Below, one piece after another: positions 24,899-37,910 of a stretch of DNA of 64,000 bases (positions are counted from its first letter, which is position 1; every line of letters starts with the position of its first letter). The notes under the pieces were generated by a model. It did no database searches and was not told the DNA's origin. It saw only the letters and a program-made list of their open reading frames with translations. The DNA comes from Chiloscyllium plagiosum (Eukaryota). The stretch covers positions 4,366,428 through 4,430,427 of the forward strand of contig NC_057746.1 of the NCBI RefSeq assembly GCF_004010195.1, in the 5' to 3' direction. The position numbers and the translations under genes were made by a program.

Positions 24899-26169
24899 CG
24901 CAAGTGAATGTTTTTATTCCTATCTGAATGTGCTGGTCATTCATCAGACCAGATGGTCATCTATATTCCAGGTTACACGCCTCAGATTTGAACAATCTCT
25001 CCCTGGTATAACTGTGTCAGTGATACTGGAGCGTAATTGACTTCACTCACTATTGAAAATTTCCTCTACTAATGTAATTGCTATTATTTGAACAGACTTA
25101 CACAGATGCACCTTGTACATTAAGAAAGATTACCAATTTCAGACTTGAATAGCCTCCAACTTATGAGTCGGTGATTCATGAAACTTGATGAATGATTGAA
25201 GCTCTCATCATAACTTTGAATTGCTCACACTTCTTCCCAGCCTCAACTCGACTGATCACTCACAGTCGAATGTTCAGAAAGGTTGGTTCTGTTGGAATAA
25301 TCCACACCACTGACCAGTTTCAGATCTGATGATATGTCAAAGCCCCCCTCACCTGACTGATTTCCAGATGATGGTTCACTGCCCAAACCTCTTTCAGTCG
25401 AGCAATGATGTGATGGGACTAGATGTCTTCCAACAGATGTGCATTTGTCCCTTGAGTTATGGCCAAGATCTGTCTGCTGCATCTATGATCTCTGAATTCT
25501 CTAGTATAGGATGGTGCAATTCTTCTGTAAAACAAGAAAAGGCAGTACAATTTCATGCACATCCTCTCCTCCTTTGTGAAAAGCCTGATTTCTCAGACTT
25601 GTTTATTCACACCTGTCCATGATGTCACTGTTGCTGACCAGGTGAACATTTGTTGTCCTTTAGAATGGAGCTGTTTAACCATTACATTCTCCAGCGTGGT
25701 GTGGGGCTTTGGTAGTTGTGGTGGGGTGCTATTGTGAGAATGTTAAATCCAAAATGCTGCGAAGAAAGAACTTACAGCATTTGACCACAGCGATAAGTCA
25801 GATAACACTAAATAACCAGCTCCCAAACACACAGAAGACACAACAAAAGGAAATCACTCAGAATCCTCATACGCTCTGCGCCTCCCCGATAATTACACCT
25901 CACCCTCTCATATTCAGGAACGTGGCATCAACAAAACTCAGCCTGGAAATCAGAGGGAAATGCTTCCAATAAACACATTCAAAATCCAACGCACAGCTCC
26001 AGTCAACAGTTCAGCACAAAACACCGAGTAAACTTGCTCAGTAGGATCGTCTCACACAGCATTAGGGACATTTCTACTCGATTGTCCATTGCACAGTCAG
26101 ACTTCCTCAACATCGGCGCGGCTGTTATGGGATAAAATTTCGACAAAAAAATCATACTTCTTTACTCAC

Positions 26170-26215
26170 CATTTCCTCTCTTGGTTTCTCCGTTCTGAAA
26201 GGAAATGAAACAGCT
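26170..26215 (-). other. Predicted 46-nt 5' mini-exon of ZNF-B ending in ATG
   Basis: ctcttcctcttccag|agctg...gaggaaatg|gtgagt, paralogous to 10074-10118. Confidence 0.6.
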
Positions 26216-26289
26216 CTGGAAGAGGAAGAGGAGTGGATGTGCTCTGAGATTGACAACTCTCACAGTCAACCAACATATTTAGAACTCAG

Positions 26290-28505
26290 ATCATAGAACT
26301 GTACAGCACAGGAATGAGCCTTTCGACCCATGATATGTGATGAACATGACGCCAATTGAACCTAATCCCTTCAGCCTGCTCTTGGTCTATATTCCTTACA
26401 CATTCATGTGCTTCTCTAAAAGTCCCTTAAATGCCCATAACTTATCTGCCTCCACCACGACCCCTGGCAGTGTGTGTCAGACTCCGACCAATCTTTGTGA
26501 AAAAAAAAACCTGCCCCTCACATCTCTTTTGAACTTCCCCCTCTTGCCTTAAATGCATGCCCCAGAGGTTTGACATTTCAACTTTGGAGAAAAGATTCTG
26601 ACCATCAACCCTATCCATGTGTCTCATAATTTTATAGACTTCTATCAAGTCACCCATCAGCTTCTACCACTTGAGAGAAAACAAAACAAGATTTTTCTAG
26701 CCTCACCTTATCGCTCATACCCGACAATCCAGGCAGCATCTTGGTAAACCTTTTCTGTGCCCTCTTCAATGCCTCCACATCCTGTAACATAGTGATCAGA
26801 ATTGAATGTAATACTGTAAGTGTGGACTTACCAATGTCTTACAATGCTGCAACATGACATCCTGACTCTTGTACTCAGTTCCCTGACCAATAACAGCAAA
26901 CACGCCATATGCCTTCTTTGTCAGCCTCTGCCTTTATGTTGCCACTTTCAGGGAGCTATGGACTTGAACATCAAGATCCTTCTGTACATCAATGCTGTTC
27001 AGGGTCCTGCCATTAACTGTATACTTTTCCACCACATTTGATCTCCCAATATGCAGCACCTCACACTTGGATTAATTTCCATCTGCCATTTCTCCACCCA
27101 TATCTGTAACTGATCTATATCCCACTATATCCTTTGACAACCTTTTCCGCTATTCATAACTCACCTGATCTTTGTATCTTCTGTAAACTTACTAACCCAT
27201 ATACATTTATATATATCACAAACAGCAGAGGTCCCAGTACATATCCCTGCGGAAAACCACTAGTCACGGAACTTCAGCCTGAAAAACACCTTCTACCACT
27301 ACTCTCTGACTTCTATGGGCAAGTCAATTCTGAATCCATGTGGCCAAGTCACTGTGGAGCCCATGCATCTTAATCTTCTGGATGAGCCCACCATGAGGGA
27401 CCTTGTTGAAAGCTATACTAAAATCCAAGTAAACACCATCCACTACTCTCCTCTCATCAATGATCTTTGTCACTTCCTCGAAAAATTCAATCAAGTTAGT
27501 AAGACATGACTTGCCCTGCACAAAGCCATGCTGACTTCCCCTAAATATGCTATGCTTTTCAAAATATGCATCCTATCCCTAAGAATATTCTCCTATAGCT
27601 TTTCAACAACTGATGTGAGACTCATTGGTCTATAGTTTACTGGATTATCCTTATTTCCCTTCTTGAACAGAGGAATAACATTAGCTATTCACCAGTCCTC
27701 CCGGATCTCTCCAGTGGCTATTGAGGATACGAGGATCTTGGTCCATGTCTCAGCAATCTCCTCTGTTGCCTCTCATAATTCCCTGGGGTACAGACCATCG
27801 GCTCCTGGGGACTTATCAATCCTCATGCTCTTCAAGAGATCCAACACCACTTCCTTCTTGATCTTAAAATGTCCTAGCATATTAACATGCTCCATACAAA
27901 TCTCACTATCCTCCATATTCTTCTCCTGAGTGAATACTGATGCAAAGTACTCATTTAGGATCTCATCAATATCCTCTGCTTCCAAACACAAGTTCCTGCC
28001 TTGATCCTTGAGTGGCCCCATCTTCTCCCTAATTATCCTCTTGTTTTTAATAAATGAACAGAATACCTTGGGATTCTCTTTAACCTTGCTTGCCAAGGTC
28101 ATTTCATGGCACCTTCTTACTCTCCTAATTCCCTGCTTGAGTACTTTCCTGTTTTCCTTTTGTTCCTCATGGGTTATGTCCATTTTAGCTTCCTGAACCT
28201 TACATACACTAATTTTTCCCTTTTGACTAAATTTACAACCTCCCTCGTTATCCAAGGGTCATTTACCATGCCATACTTGTCCTTTCTCCATACTGAAACA
28301 TGCCGGTCTTGAACTCTCATCAGCAGCTCTTTGAACAATTCCCATATGTCAACTTTAGACTTGCCTGATAACAGCTCCTCTCAATTAACACTCCTTAGCT
28401 CCTGCCTAATGCTGACGTAATTTGTCCTCCCCCAGTTTAGTGCCTTCCTGCAAGGTCCTGACTTTTCCTTGTTCATAGCTATCTTAAAACTTAGGGAGTC
28501 ATGAT
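26290..28505 (-). mobile_element. CR1-type LINE ORF2, 5'-truncated
   Basis: KSCLTNLIEFFEEVTK...VYLDFSIAFNKVPH; KENPKVFCSFIKNKR; GDLIEVYKIM. Confidence 0.9.
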
Positions 28506-28934
28506 CACAGATTTCTGGAGCTTGGGAAACTGACTGGTGAAATGGAGGTGACTTTGAGCTTCAGGTCAGATGTAGTCTTTGTCCCATCTGAATAAAACCT
28601 CACCTGTCTTAGTCCCTCTGGTAAATGTTTGACAGAGATTTGTGGAATGACAACAGTATTCTTCAAATCTCAGAGGCTTTCAAATTGACAATATCAGTGT
28701 GGGATGTTAAGCCTTGATGCCTTTGACAGCAGATAAGAGAAGAGGGAGCGTATCAAAGATAGCGATGATGTGCAGTGGTGGGATCAGCAGGGATGAACTA
28801 TTTACACTATGTTGCTTCACAAAAAAATGATTGGGAATCTGACTGTTTTTCACCCTGAAGCATTCTCTGTGTCACTGATTGGTTTTGCAATAAATATTGA
28901 CCACATTTCATTCACAGACTCACATTGACAGTGG

Positions 28935-29041
28935 TGAAAATGTGTTGCTGGAAAAGCGCAGCAGGTCCGGCTGACCTGCTGCGCTTTTCCAGCAACACAT
29001 TTTCAGCTCTGATCTCCAGCATCTGCAGTCCTCACTTTCTC
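28935..29041. mobile_element. Collapsed palindromic Penelope-end element with 16-bp TSD
   Basis: TSD CTCACATTGACAGTGG at 28919-28934 and 29042-29057. Hairpin tgaaaatgtgttgctggaaaagcgcagcaggtc/gacctgctgcgcttttccagcaacacattttca. Confidence 0.85.
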
Positions 29042-29429
29042 CTCACATTGACAGTGGACCTATTTTCACTGCACTGACCCTTCAGTGTCCTGATTGGTTA
29101 CTTGCTTCGAAAGCTGTGGTTGGATATTCAGCGATTCCAGGGACAGGCTGGTATGACATTGGTTTGAATACATTTTCGTGCATGTGGCGGAGTCATGGAG
29201 GGTAAAAAGAAACCTCTGACTTGACCAAAGTGTATCAGTTCAGGAAATCAGCCCAGAGAAAACTCTGAATGGGAAGGGGAAATATTTGAGAGGGAATCAT
29301 GGGGGAAGAAGATGGTGGAAAATGTTGGAGATTACAAAGAGTCATAGAGATGTACAGCACGGAAACAGACCCTTTGGACCAACTTGTCCATGCCGACCAG
29401 ATATCCCAAAACAATCAAGTACTACATGT

Positions 29430-29895
29430 TAGCATTCGGCTCGTATCATGGTCAAATTTACGCCACATGTTGGTCTGTGGCTTACTGAGATACAATTGGT
29501 CACCACTGGAAGGTCTTTACACTCCAGGATAGATTTCCTGTTTGCGCGCTGCGTGTTCTCAGTCAAATCCACAGATGTCAATCTGGCCTTTTTTTCTGAC
29601 TACTGCCTCCTGCTGGCCTATCACTTTGAAGGATGGCTAATGAGTCAGCAAGGGAATGTGAAAGCTAAATGTGAAACTGTCGACACCAGGAACCATTCAG
29701 GAGTTCGAAAGGGATTACACAGTTTGGAGGACCATGAATCCCCTCTTTGAGTTTCCAGTCGACTGGTGGGAAACAGTCAAGGGGTTCTTTATCCTTTCAG
29801 GTGTTCAGAAGGTGAGACAGAGAGAGAGGGGCAAATTTTCCAAACTCCAGGAAAGCATGCAGAATCTACTGTTGCTGCAGATGATTATTGGGAAC
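29430..29895 (+). mobile_element. Tx1/L1-like endonuclease fragment
   Basis: SRIDFLF...FFSDYCLL and following DWWETVK motif. Confidence 0.55.
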
Positions 29896-30479
29896 GTTTA
29901 GGGTGTAGGTTTGCTCGCTGAGCTGTAGGTTTGATATCCAGTCAAAAGTCAAAAGACACACTGACCATAAAACCTCATCAACAAATTGATGGTTTTTCTA
30001 TTGAGCCACTAACATGGTTATGTAATTTATTTGGTGGGACAACAATAGACATTGAACACTGACTACGTCTCTAAAAACGCTGCGTCCACAACTTCCACAT
30101 CACAGTGACCATTACAGCGGGTTTCACACAAAATAATCCAACATTTCAATTCCTTCCTCACACAAATATTCCTATAATTAGTGTTAAAATGTCTTATATT
30201 GAAAAATCATTATCTCTAATGGAAGAATGGGTGGCAACATTTATCAGTTTTGTCCCAAAATCTTGTGAAAACCCAACCTCCCCAAATATATCTGACATTG
30301 CAGCAAAAAATCACATTTGATAAGAAAATATTGGAGAAATTTTAGCTGGAATACCTTCTTGTGTTTGACGGAGAGAGGGACTGACTATCTCCTTAAACGT
30401 GAGTAAATTGCAGCCCCAAGCCCAGAATGCTCCCCCTTCACTGAGGTTGTTTTAAAAACCTCCACAGGGAATTCAGCTC

Positions 30480-30836
30480 AATTCACCAAACCCCTCACAA
30501 TCCCGCTCCGAACTACATTACCCATGCTGCATGTGGGCCACACGCCTTCATCGTGAGGAGCGACAGTTTGGAATCAAGAAAGAACCTGTCCGTGGTCCCT
30601 GGCGGGAATTGTAGTTCCGTACCGCAAGCGTTTGGGAGTTCAAATCTGAGAGCGCGCGAGTTCGAGCGGTTGTTAACGTGGTCGGTGCTGGAAATGGAGG
30701 TGCGCCTCTGTTAATGGCGTCACCATGGCAACGGGAACCGGGATCATAACTTCTTATTCTGAAGAGTCCTTCAATTAAACTCCAGTTTTCAGTTTCGAAG
30801 AACGTTGTCACATTTGCAGTTTCTCAGATGGTAAGT
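30480..30836. promoter_or_regulatory. CpG-rich promoter with ZNF143/Staf-type motifs, RFX X-box and a plus-strand first-exon donor
   Basis: Dense CpG patch. ACTACATTACCCATGCTGCA at 30512-30531, ACTACAATTCCC on minus at 30604-30615, GTCACCATGGCAAC at 30719-30732, YY1-like AATGGCG at ~30713 and CAGATG|GTAAGT at 30830/30831. Confidence 0.7.
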
Positions 30837-32329
30837 CTATTATTTATCAGTCTAAATAAATAGTTTACTTGTAATACTGATGAGAGGGTAAAGTTTGCCA
30901 GTATCCGATCATGATGTCGTACCTCAGTTTATACGATTGTGTACTGAAGAAAATGGAGAGCCGTTTTCACTCCTACAGAGTGCAACTCCATGACTCTTTT
31001 AGGTCACTCTTCGGAATCTCTTTAAATTATCGTCTCTGACTTCTACTGATATACATTCTACCTTTGTTCTCAGTGGCTGGTGGCAAGGTAAAAATATAAA
31101 AGTTTGATATTCCCACTTTCAAATACATCTCCCCACTGGTTCTGAAGCTCCTGGCTTCCATTTAGGCCCTGTCTTGGTTAAAATTCAGATTTTAGATGCA
31201 GCTCTGATTTCAATATTGAAAAACACCATAAACCGACTGGGGAAGATGTAAAACACATTGAAGAGGACTGAAGTGGGAGTTCAATCACCCTGTTCTCTCA
31301 CAGTGATCAGACAAGATTGCACGTTTCTTTGCTAGATGGTTTATTTGACCATATATATGTTCCTGATACAACTGGCACCATAAGCAGCCTGAAGGTACAA
31401 GAGGGGCACAGTAGTAATATGGCATTCATTAGTTATGGGAGTGGACAAATATTTTTGTGGCCTCCCTGGTGCCAGGATCAAATATGCAACAGAGTACTCA
31501 CACAACATTCTTTGGTGGGAGGGTGAACAGTCAAAATTGTGGTCCTTTGGTACCAATGATTTCGGCTAGAAGGAAGATGTTATTCTGCAATGCATATTTA
31601 GGGTATGAGGTAGAAAGTTAGCAAGCCGGACCTCAAATGTAGTAATCTCTGGATTACTCTTGGAGCCTTGTGCTGGTGAGTTCAGGAATAGGATGATAAG
31701 ACAGATGAATACTTAGGAGGAAAAATGGTACAGGAGGGTGAGCTAGGAGGATCTGACCAAAGTCGTCACTCTGTACCTCCAGGTGTAAGATTCTAAACAT
31801 TTACCATTTTGGTATGAGGAGAAAGATACTGGAAATCACAGCTATTGTAACACCCAGTTCTTCTTTCAAAGTCCTAACCTCAGCTGGTGACAGGGATCCA
31901 TATGGGGTTGTGAACTCCTTTATAACCATAGCAGAGATTCCTCCTCTTCTCTCTGTTGCTCAGTTTTTGCCATGCCTCCTGGAACTGCACATAGAGACTT
32001 TGCTTCACTGTATAAAAAGGCATTGCAGAGGTGTGCTTGCTTTCCAGGCTTGTATGAAGGCCACTTGTCCTGTTAGCAAAGAAAGCAACTATCATTGCAT
32101 TATTTTTGGCACAATGTTGTCTGGCTTTTTAAAAAATTCTGTCTATACAAGAGATATGGTTTTCTCCAGGGGAGGCTATGTTCTTTTATTAAATTAATCC
32201 TCTCAGATCACCCCTTACATCTAGTTCCCCTCCTGTTGTTTGTTGGTATCCCATTGTCTCATTCTAATTTTTTCTCTACCTGTTTATTTTGAAAGTGTGC
32301 CTCATTCCAAGTTCTATTTCCCATCTTCA

Positions 32330-32660
32330 TGGGGAGGCGATGGCCTAATGGTATTATTGCTAGACTATTAACCTGGAGACCCAGGTAATATTCTGGGGTC
32401 ATGGGTTTAGATCCTGCCATGGCAGATATTGGAATTCAATAAAAATCGAGAATAAATAGTCTAATAATGACCATGGATCTATCGTTGATTGTCAGGAAAA
32501 ACACATTTGGTTCACTTATATCCATTAGAGATGTAAAATGCTAACCTTTCCTCCTCTGGCCTCCATGTGACTCCAGATTCTCAGTAATGTGATTGGGAAT
32601 GGGCAATGAATGCTGGTCTAGGCAGTGACACACACGCTGTGAACAAATTACAAAAAAATC
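32330..32660 (+). mobile_element. tRNA-derived SINE, second family
   Basis: A box tggcctaatgg and B-box-like gggtttagatcc. The tail gggcaatgaatgctgg is shared with the LINE end at ~1455-1510. Confidence 0.7.
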
Positions 32661-33769
32661 TTAATTGAGAGTATAAGCTGTCACTTCCTGGTTGTAACTT
32701 TTTTCCCAGACTCCTTACAATTTCTATTCAGTTATAAGGTACACACATGTATTCTGGACTTTAAAAAAATCTTAATATTACCCTTCTAAACCTCCCTCGT
32801 TAGTCTTATCAAAAATAGATCAAGATCTCCAGCACAGTCTTCCGTAATTCCTAATATACCTTTTGGTCCAGCTGCCCTGGTTTGCACAACCAAACTTTCT
32901 AGCAACTTGTAGCAAAAGCCATTGGTTGCCTTCGGAATTACTGAATATATATTTAATTACAATCTAATACTGCTACTTTCAAGCTTCTCAAACTTAAAGG
33001 CAATTAAACCCTGACTTCTGTGAACAATCCCACTTCTGATACTAATTGTCAATTTTTACCAATTTTGTAATCACAGTAAGCTCATACAGGCAGTCAATGA
33101 TTTATAGCAGATTTCTGATAGTTTCTTCAGAAACAACAGTTTGGAAATGGTGTATTAATAAGACAAAGAAAGAGAATAAATGATCTGTAACAGATTAGAA
33201 TGCTTTACTGATCCCAAAGCCTTTCTATAGAATAGAAGGGGAGAGGCAGTGCACTCCCACCTCCCAGTTATCCTATTGTCTTTTGTGGTGATCATAGTCA
33301 CAATAGTGTTTGATCTTCCCTCAGCCTGATGTAGGGGAACTCCTGGTCTTCCCCCAAGGAGATGGTGTGGCTTGTCTCCTTAGATCTTCCTTCTCCTTTC
33401 TTCCTTCTCCCCACACGGCTCTGCATTAGATCTTACTTTGGGAGCTGGCCTCCAATGCTATGTTGATTACCTTTCTAAACTCTGTTGGTCAGTGGGCATG
33501 GGACAGTTATTCATGACATCAGATGACTGTTGTCCCTGCCCACCTCCATTTGAAGGTTAGTTTTCGTTCCTTCTAAAACTGAACCTTCTTATTTTCACCA
33601 CACTTCATTGATAATGTTAAATATTTGTCGTGAGTCAAGTCTTTGATGTTTCTTCTTTCCTACAGGGATTTATTTACATCTGGAGAACACTAATTATGAA
33701 TGTGACACAGTTCGATAGACAGGAATTGCCAAATATGAAATGCTGAGTTAACACAAGTTGAAAGGGACC

Positions 33770-34030
33770 CCCAATTCTCAATACATTCTCAAGGCAGTAT
33801 GACTATCCTATGGGCAGTCAAGGATGGGAATGGCCCTTATGCTGTGTGTGAAGATCCAGCTGAGAGAGCTGTTTACTCTGTGCTTTGTACTGAACTGTTT
33901 GACCACAGTTGTGTGTTGGATATCGAGTGTGCTTATTGGAAGTATTTCCCTTCTGATATCCAGGCTGAGTTTGTTGATGGCTCATTCCTGAATATGAGAA
34001 GGTGAAGTGCAGAGTGTCTGAGGATTCTTA
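33770..34030. repeat. ZNF-associated module, partial inverted copy
   Basis: gaagatccagctgagagagctgtttactctgtgctttg is the reverse complement of the copy-1 core. Confidence 0.8.
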
Positions 34031-35453
34031 CTGATTTCCTGTTGTTGAGCTCAGTGTGTTTATTATCCTGTGGACTTGAATGGTCAGTTCTCTCTGGATG
34101 TTGCATGTCATTTAAAATCCCTCCCAAGACTTCCCACTACCAATCTCTCTAACCTTCTCAGAAAACAAAAGAGAGACTTGCATTTACATGGAACCTTCCA
34201 GAGCCACCAGAGCACCAAACATTTTACAGTCAATGATATTCTTTTGAAGTATAGTCACTGCTTTAATGTAGGAAATGTGATAGTCAATATGTGCACCAGA
34301 ATGACTGAAGCTCATAATGACTTAATAGTCTGATTTACACTCTGCCCAACTATTGCTTCTATTGTCCACATGACACCTGGAGAAAGAACATAGCCACATT
34401 GTCTGCTCTTGGTCAGTATCCAGTGTCGCTGATTGAAACAGAGGGTGTGTGATAGCCATGTCAAGTAAAAGAGAAGACTTGCATCTGACCCTATATACAG
34501 GGGAATAGCAGACTGGCATTCACGATGGTACAGTGTCTAGCTGAAGAGACAATCCCTTCAGCAAAGAAGGAGAGAGAGTTGGAGGAAATCATGGCCAGAG
34601 TTTTGCCTTCCCTGTTGTGGAGTGACAAATGACAGGAAAAGAGAGAAAAAAATGAAAAGATAAAAATCCAGACAACGAGAAACATCTTTGCTATTTTCTC
34701 TCAAGCCTTAAATTATGACTTTAGAGTCTCAACAATGAGATGAAGCAGCAGCCTTAATTCCCACATTTGCCTTTCATTAAAATTCAAAGCTCCTGGGTTT
34801 TTGGACGATTTTCAATTTGCCTCTCCATCCCTACGGTCTAAATCCTCAAGATGTATATCAAAGCAGCTACCTGGTGGCTGCAGTTCGCTAAATGTTTTTC
34901 TGGGAATTAGCCAAATTATTTTTACAGTAACATCCCTGCATGCTCCTCCTCTAGCATCTTCCTCAGACTTTCACCCACACAAATTATCATTCTCAAATCA
35001 CCAGCCTCACCATGTCATCAAACCTGCTCATGGACCAGCTCACCTTAGCTCTTTCACCTTCAGCTTTTAGTCGAGAAGTGAGGGACAACAGTAAGTTTCT
35101 GCCAGGTGGTTTTGGACAAGGACACACACACCCTGTTATGGTTGTTAGCCTACTTTCTCAGCATTCACTGAGTTTGCACTTTGAGTTTCCCATCTTCTCT
35201 CCACTGCATGTTTATTTCTTAATATACACGCATTGACTTCAGCCCTGTGCATTATATTACTTTCTTATTGCACAGCATCTTTAATACTCAATTACAGATG
35301 CCACCCTCTGCGACTTACATTGCTTTCTATGATAAAGGAGAGGCAGGCAGCTTGTCATGGTGTCGAGCACTGAATAGTTGAGGGTGTGGACATGATGCTG
35401 TGCAACTGAAACTGTGAGAATTCGGCTTTATGTTGCCTTTTCCAGTTTTACAG

Positions 35454-35925
35454 AAGGATTGTGCTGTACTATACCAGAGAATACAGAAAGAATAGACACC
35501 CCAGAAAGATTCTGACCATTGCCCAAGGAACAACTGCAAAACTGTGGAAAGGCATATAGTTCCTTTGCAACATTGCTGAACACAGAAAGTTGGGCAGTGA
35601 AACTATCATCGGGAAATAGGCCGGGTCAGGAGGCTTTAACATACCATCAGATCTGAAACTAGTCAGCAGTGTGCCGTCTTCCATCAGAACCAACCTGTTT
35701 GAAGATTGGGCCATGAATGATCTGTCAGGGTGAGGCTGGGAAGAAGTATGAGTGGGATCCAAATGTGGTAAGAGCTTCAATCATTCATTAAGTCTCTCAA
35801 TGATGCATTCCTATAAGTGAGAGACTGTTCAATTGTGAGGAGGGCTTGCCAGGCTCCAGATCTCCTAAATGGACAAGGTGCATTTAGGTAGCCACATGGA
35901 AGATAAACTATTCAAGTGTGTGTGT
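35454..35925 (+). pseudogene. Plus-strand ZNF paralogue ZNF-E truncated at its first finger
   Basis: Acceptor ttttacag|aagg at 35453/35454 and a linker homologous to the other units, then MEDKLFKCVCV and an abrupt break at an inverted repeat. Confidence 0.7.
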
Positions 35926-36869
35926 GTCCAACCACCTGGCCGAAACTTACTGTTGTCCCTCACTTCTCGACTAAAAGCTGAAGGTGAAAGGGCTAAGGTG
36001 AGCTGGTCCATGAGCAGGTATGATGACATGGTGAGGCTGGTGAGTGAAGGGTTTTCACAGTCAGTGTATCTCCTGGTTGATTAAAGCATTATTTTACATT
36101 TGTCTTCACTGAAGAAGATATTAGAAATCTCCCAAAAATTAGAGAACAATGTACGGGGGAAAATGAGGACTTGATGGGAGTTAGTATTTGTAAGAAGGTT
36201 TTGTTGGAGAAATAAATGGGACTGAAAGCTAATAAGTCACTGGAACCTGATATTCTACATTCCAGAATGTTAAAGAGCAAAGCTATTGTGATGAAAAATG
36301 TATGATTTTTATAAATATGGCTGCAAAAGATATTTTTGAGACCTTTTTGATTTGCACTTATTGGGACAATTCACATGATTGTCAGTTTAAGGATAAAACC
36401 AACATTAGTCATACATTAAAATGCTGATGGGTTGGCAAGTAGACTCAGATTGGTGGAGACATTTCTGTGGCAAATGCACTCATTAATACTGATTGACAGT
36501 TAACTGCTAGGCTTTTCCTAATTTTACATCAAGCTGGTTTGAGTCTGGGCATTGAGAAAGGGAGAGTGAATTGTTATCATCTGTTTTGTTCAATTGAAAC
36601 TGGTGCAGTATATGTACATTGTGATGATTCTATGGCTTTACAAGATGTATTTTGTTCTGGTCTCTTTTAGAAGAGAGGTTTTAAGACAGAGGTAAGAAAC
36701 TGTCTATTCAAAGCTATTAAACAGCTTATGAGGCCTTGGGGATTTTGTTTTAAAATTTTGTTTCAAATCTCAAACAAAGAAATTTTGAGATTTGAGTTTA
36801 AATTGTGCAAGACATTGAGTTTATCATTGGGAAATCAGGGAAAGTTAGTTTCGCTTCACATGTAGAAAA

Positions 36870-37910
36870 TGAGGTCAAGGAGTCACACACTTCTGTGTAA
36901 ATCCTTTGATGGAGCAGGACTCGAGTTGGAAAATTTCTTGTTACTTCTTATACTTGAACACTTTTTCCTGTGTAGATGTGTTGGTGTATGTGCAGGTTTC
37001 CTAACTGTGAGAACTGTCACACACCTCAAAATGGAAAGGTTTCTCCCCATATGAATGCTTTACTACCAAATGAGTTATGGCGACTGCAAGAATGATTTTT
37101 TACACACCTTGCATTAATGGTGCTTCCCCTGTGTAAACATGATGGTGTTCACACAAAATTGATGAACTCAAGAATAACTCGGTATTGTGTATTTTTTAAC
37201 TTTGTCCACCTCAGTCCAACACCGGCATCTCCAAATCTGAACTCAAGAATGATTTAATACATGCATTCCGTGTAACTGTTTTTTATCTGGTGTGATTGTG
37301 TTGGCCCAAAGCAAACTTTGATAGCACTGAGAATGATCCATTACATACTTTGCATGTGAATAGACTGGTGATTCAGCAGGCCTGAAAATTGTGCATAACC
37401 CTTGTTATACATCTCACATTTGAACAATTTTTTCCCAGTGTGAAGGCATTGATGAGGGGCAATGAGTTTGCAAAGCCTCACTCTCACACTTCACAAATGA
37501 ATGTTTTCTCTTCCATGAAGCTTGTGTTAACAGCAGCTAATCTGTGTGTTAAGTATTACTAGCTTGGGAACTGTCCTCACACACCTCACACCTGAACAGT
37601 TTCTCACTTCTAGAAGTGAATCACGCTTCTTCCCAAACGTACTCTTGCTGATCACCTACAGCTGGATGTTCGGAAAGCTTGGCTCTGATAGAAAGCTCCA
37701 TTCCACTGACCAGTTTTAGATTTGATGATATGTCAAAGCTCCCCTGACCTGACCGATTTCCAGAAGATGGTTTCACTAAATAATTTTCTGTGTTGAGCAT
37801 ACCGTGAAGGGACTGGATATCTTCGATTGTTTTGCAATTATTCCCTGGGTGATGGTCAGGATCTATCTTCCCTGTATTCTCTGATTTAGAGTAATACAAT
37901 CCTTCCATAG
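36870..37910 (-). pseudogene. Decayed C2H2 ZNF paralogue ZNF-D (linker plus degenerate fingers)
   Basis: Finger-like codons (SEKLFRCEVCE, HTGKKLFKCEM) with stops and frameshifts. The linker at 37620-37905 is homologous to 8640-8926 and 25200-25524. The acceptor AG is mutated. Confidence 0.8.

Larger units (their letters stand above)
25860..28790. repeat. ZNF-associated module copy 3, split by a 2.2-kb CR1 insertion
   Basis: Module sequence at 25860-26280 resumes at ~28505 (atttctggagcttgggaaactgactggtgaaatggaggtgactttgagc). Confidence 0.8.

Noticed and set aside
23440-24903. Long alternate-frame ORFs (RCVTNHSH repeats) overlapping ZNF-B, with similar ones in ZNF-A and ZNF-C
   Set aside because: Expected off-frame reading of repetitive finger codons, with no independent support.
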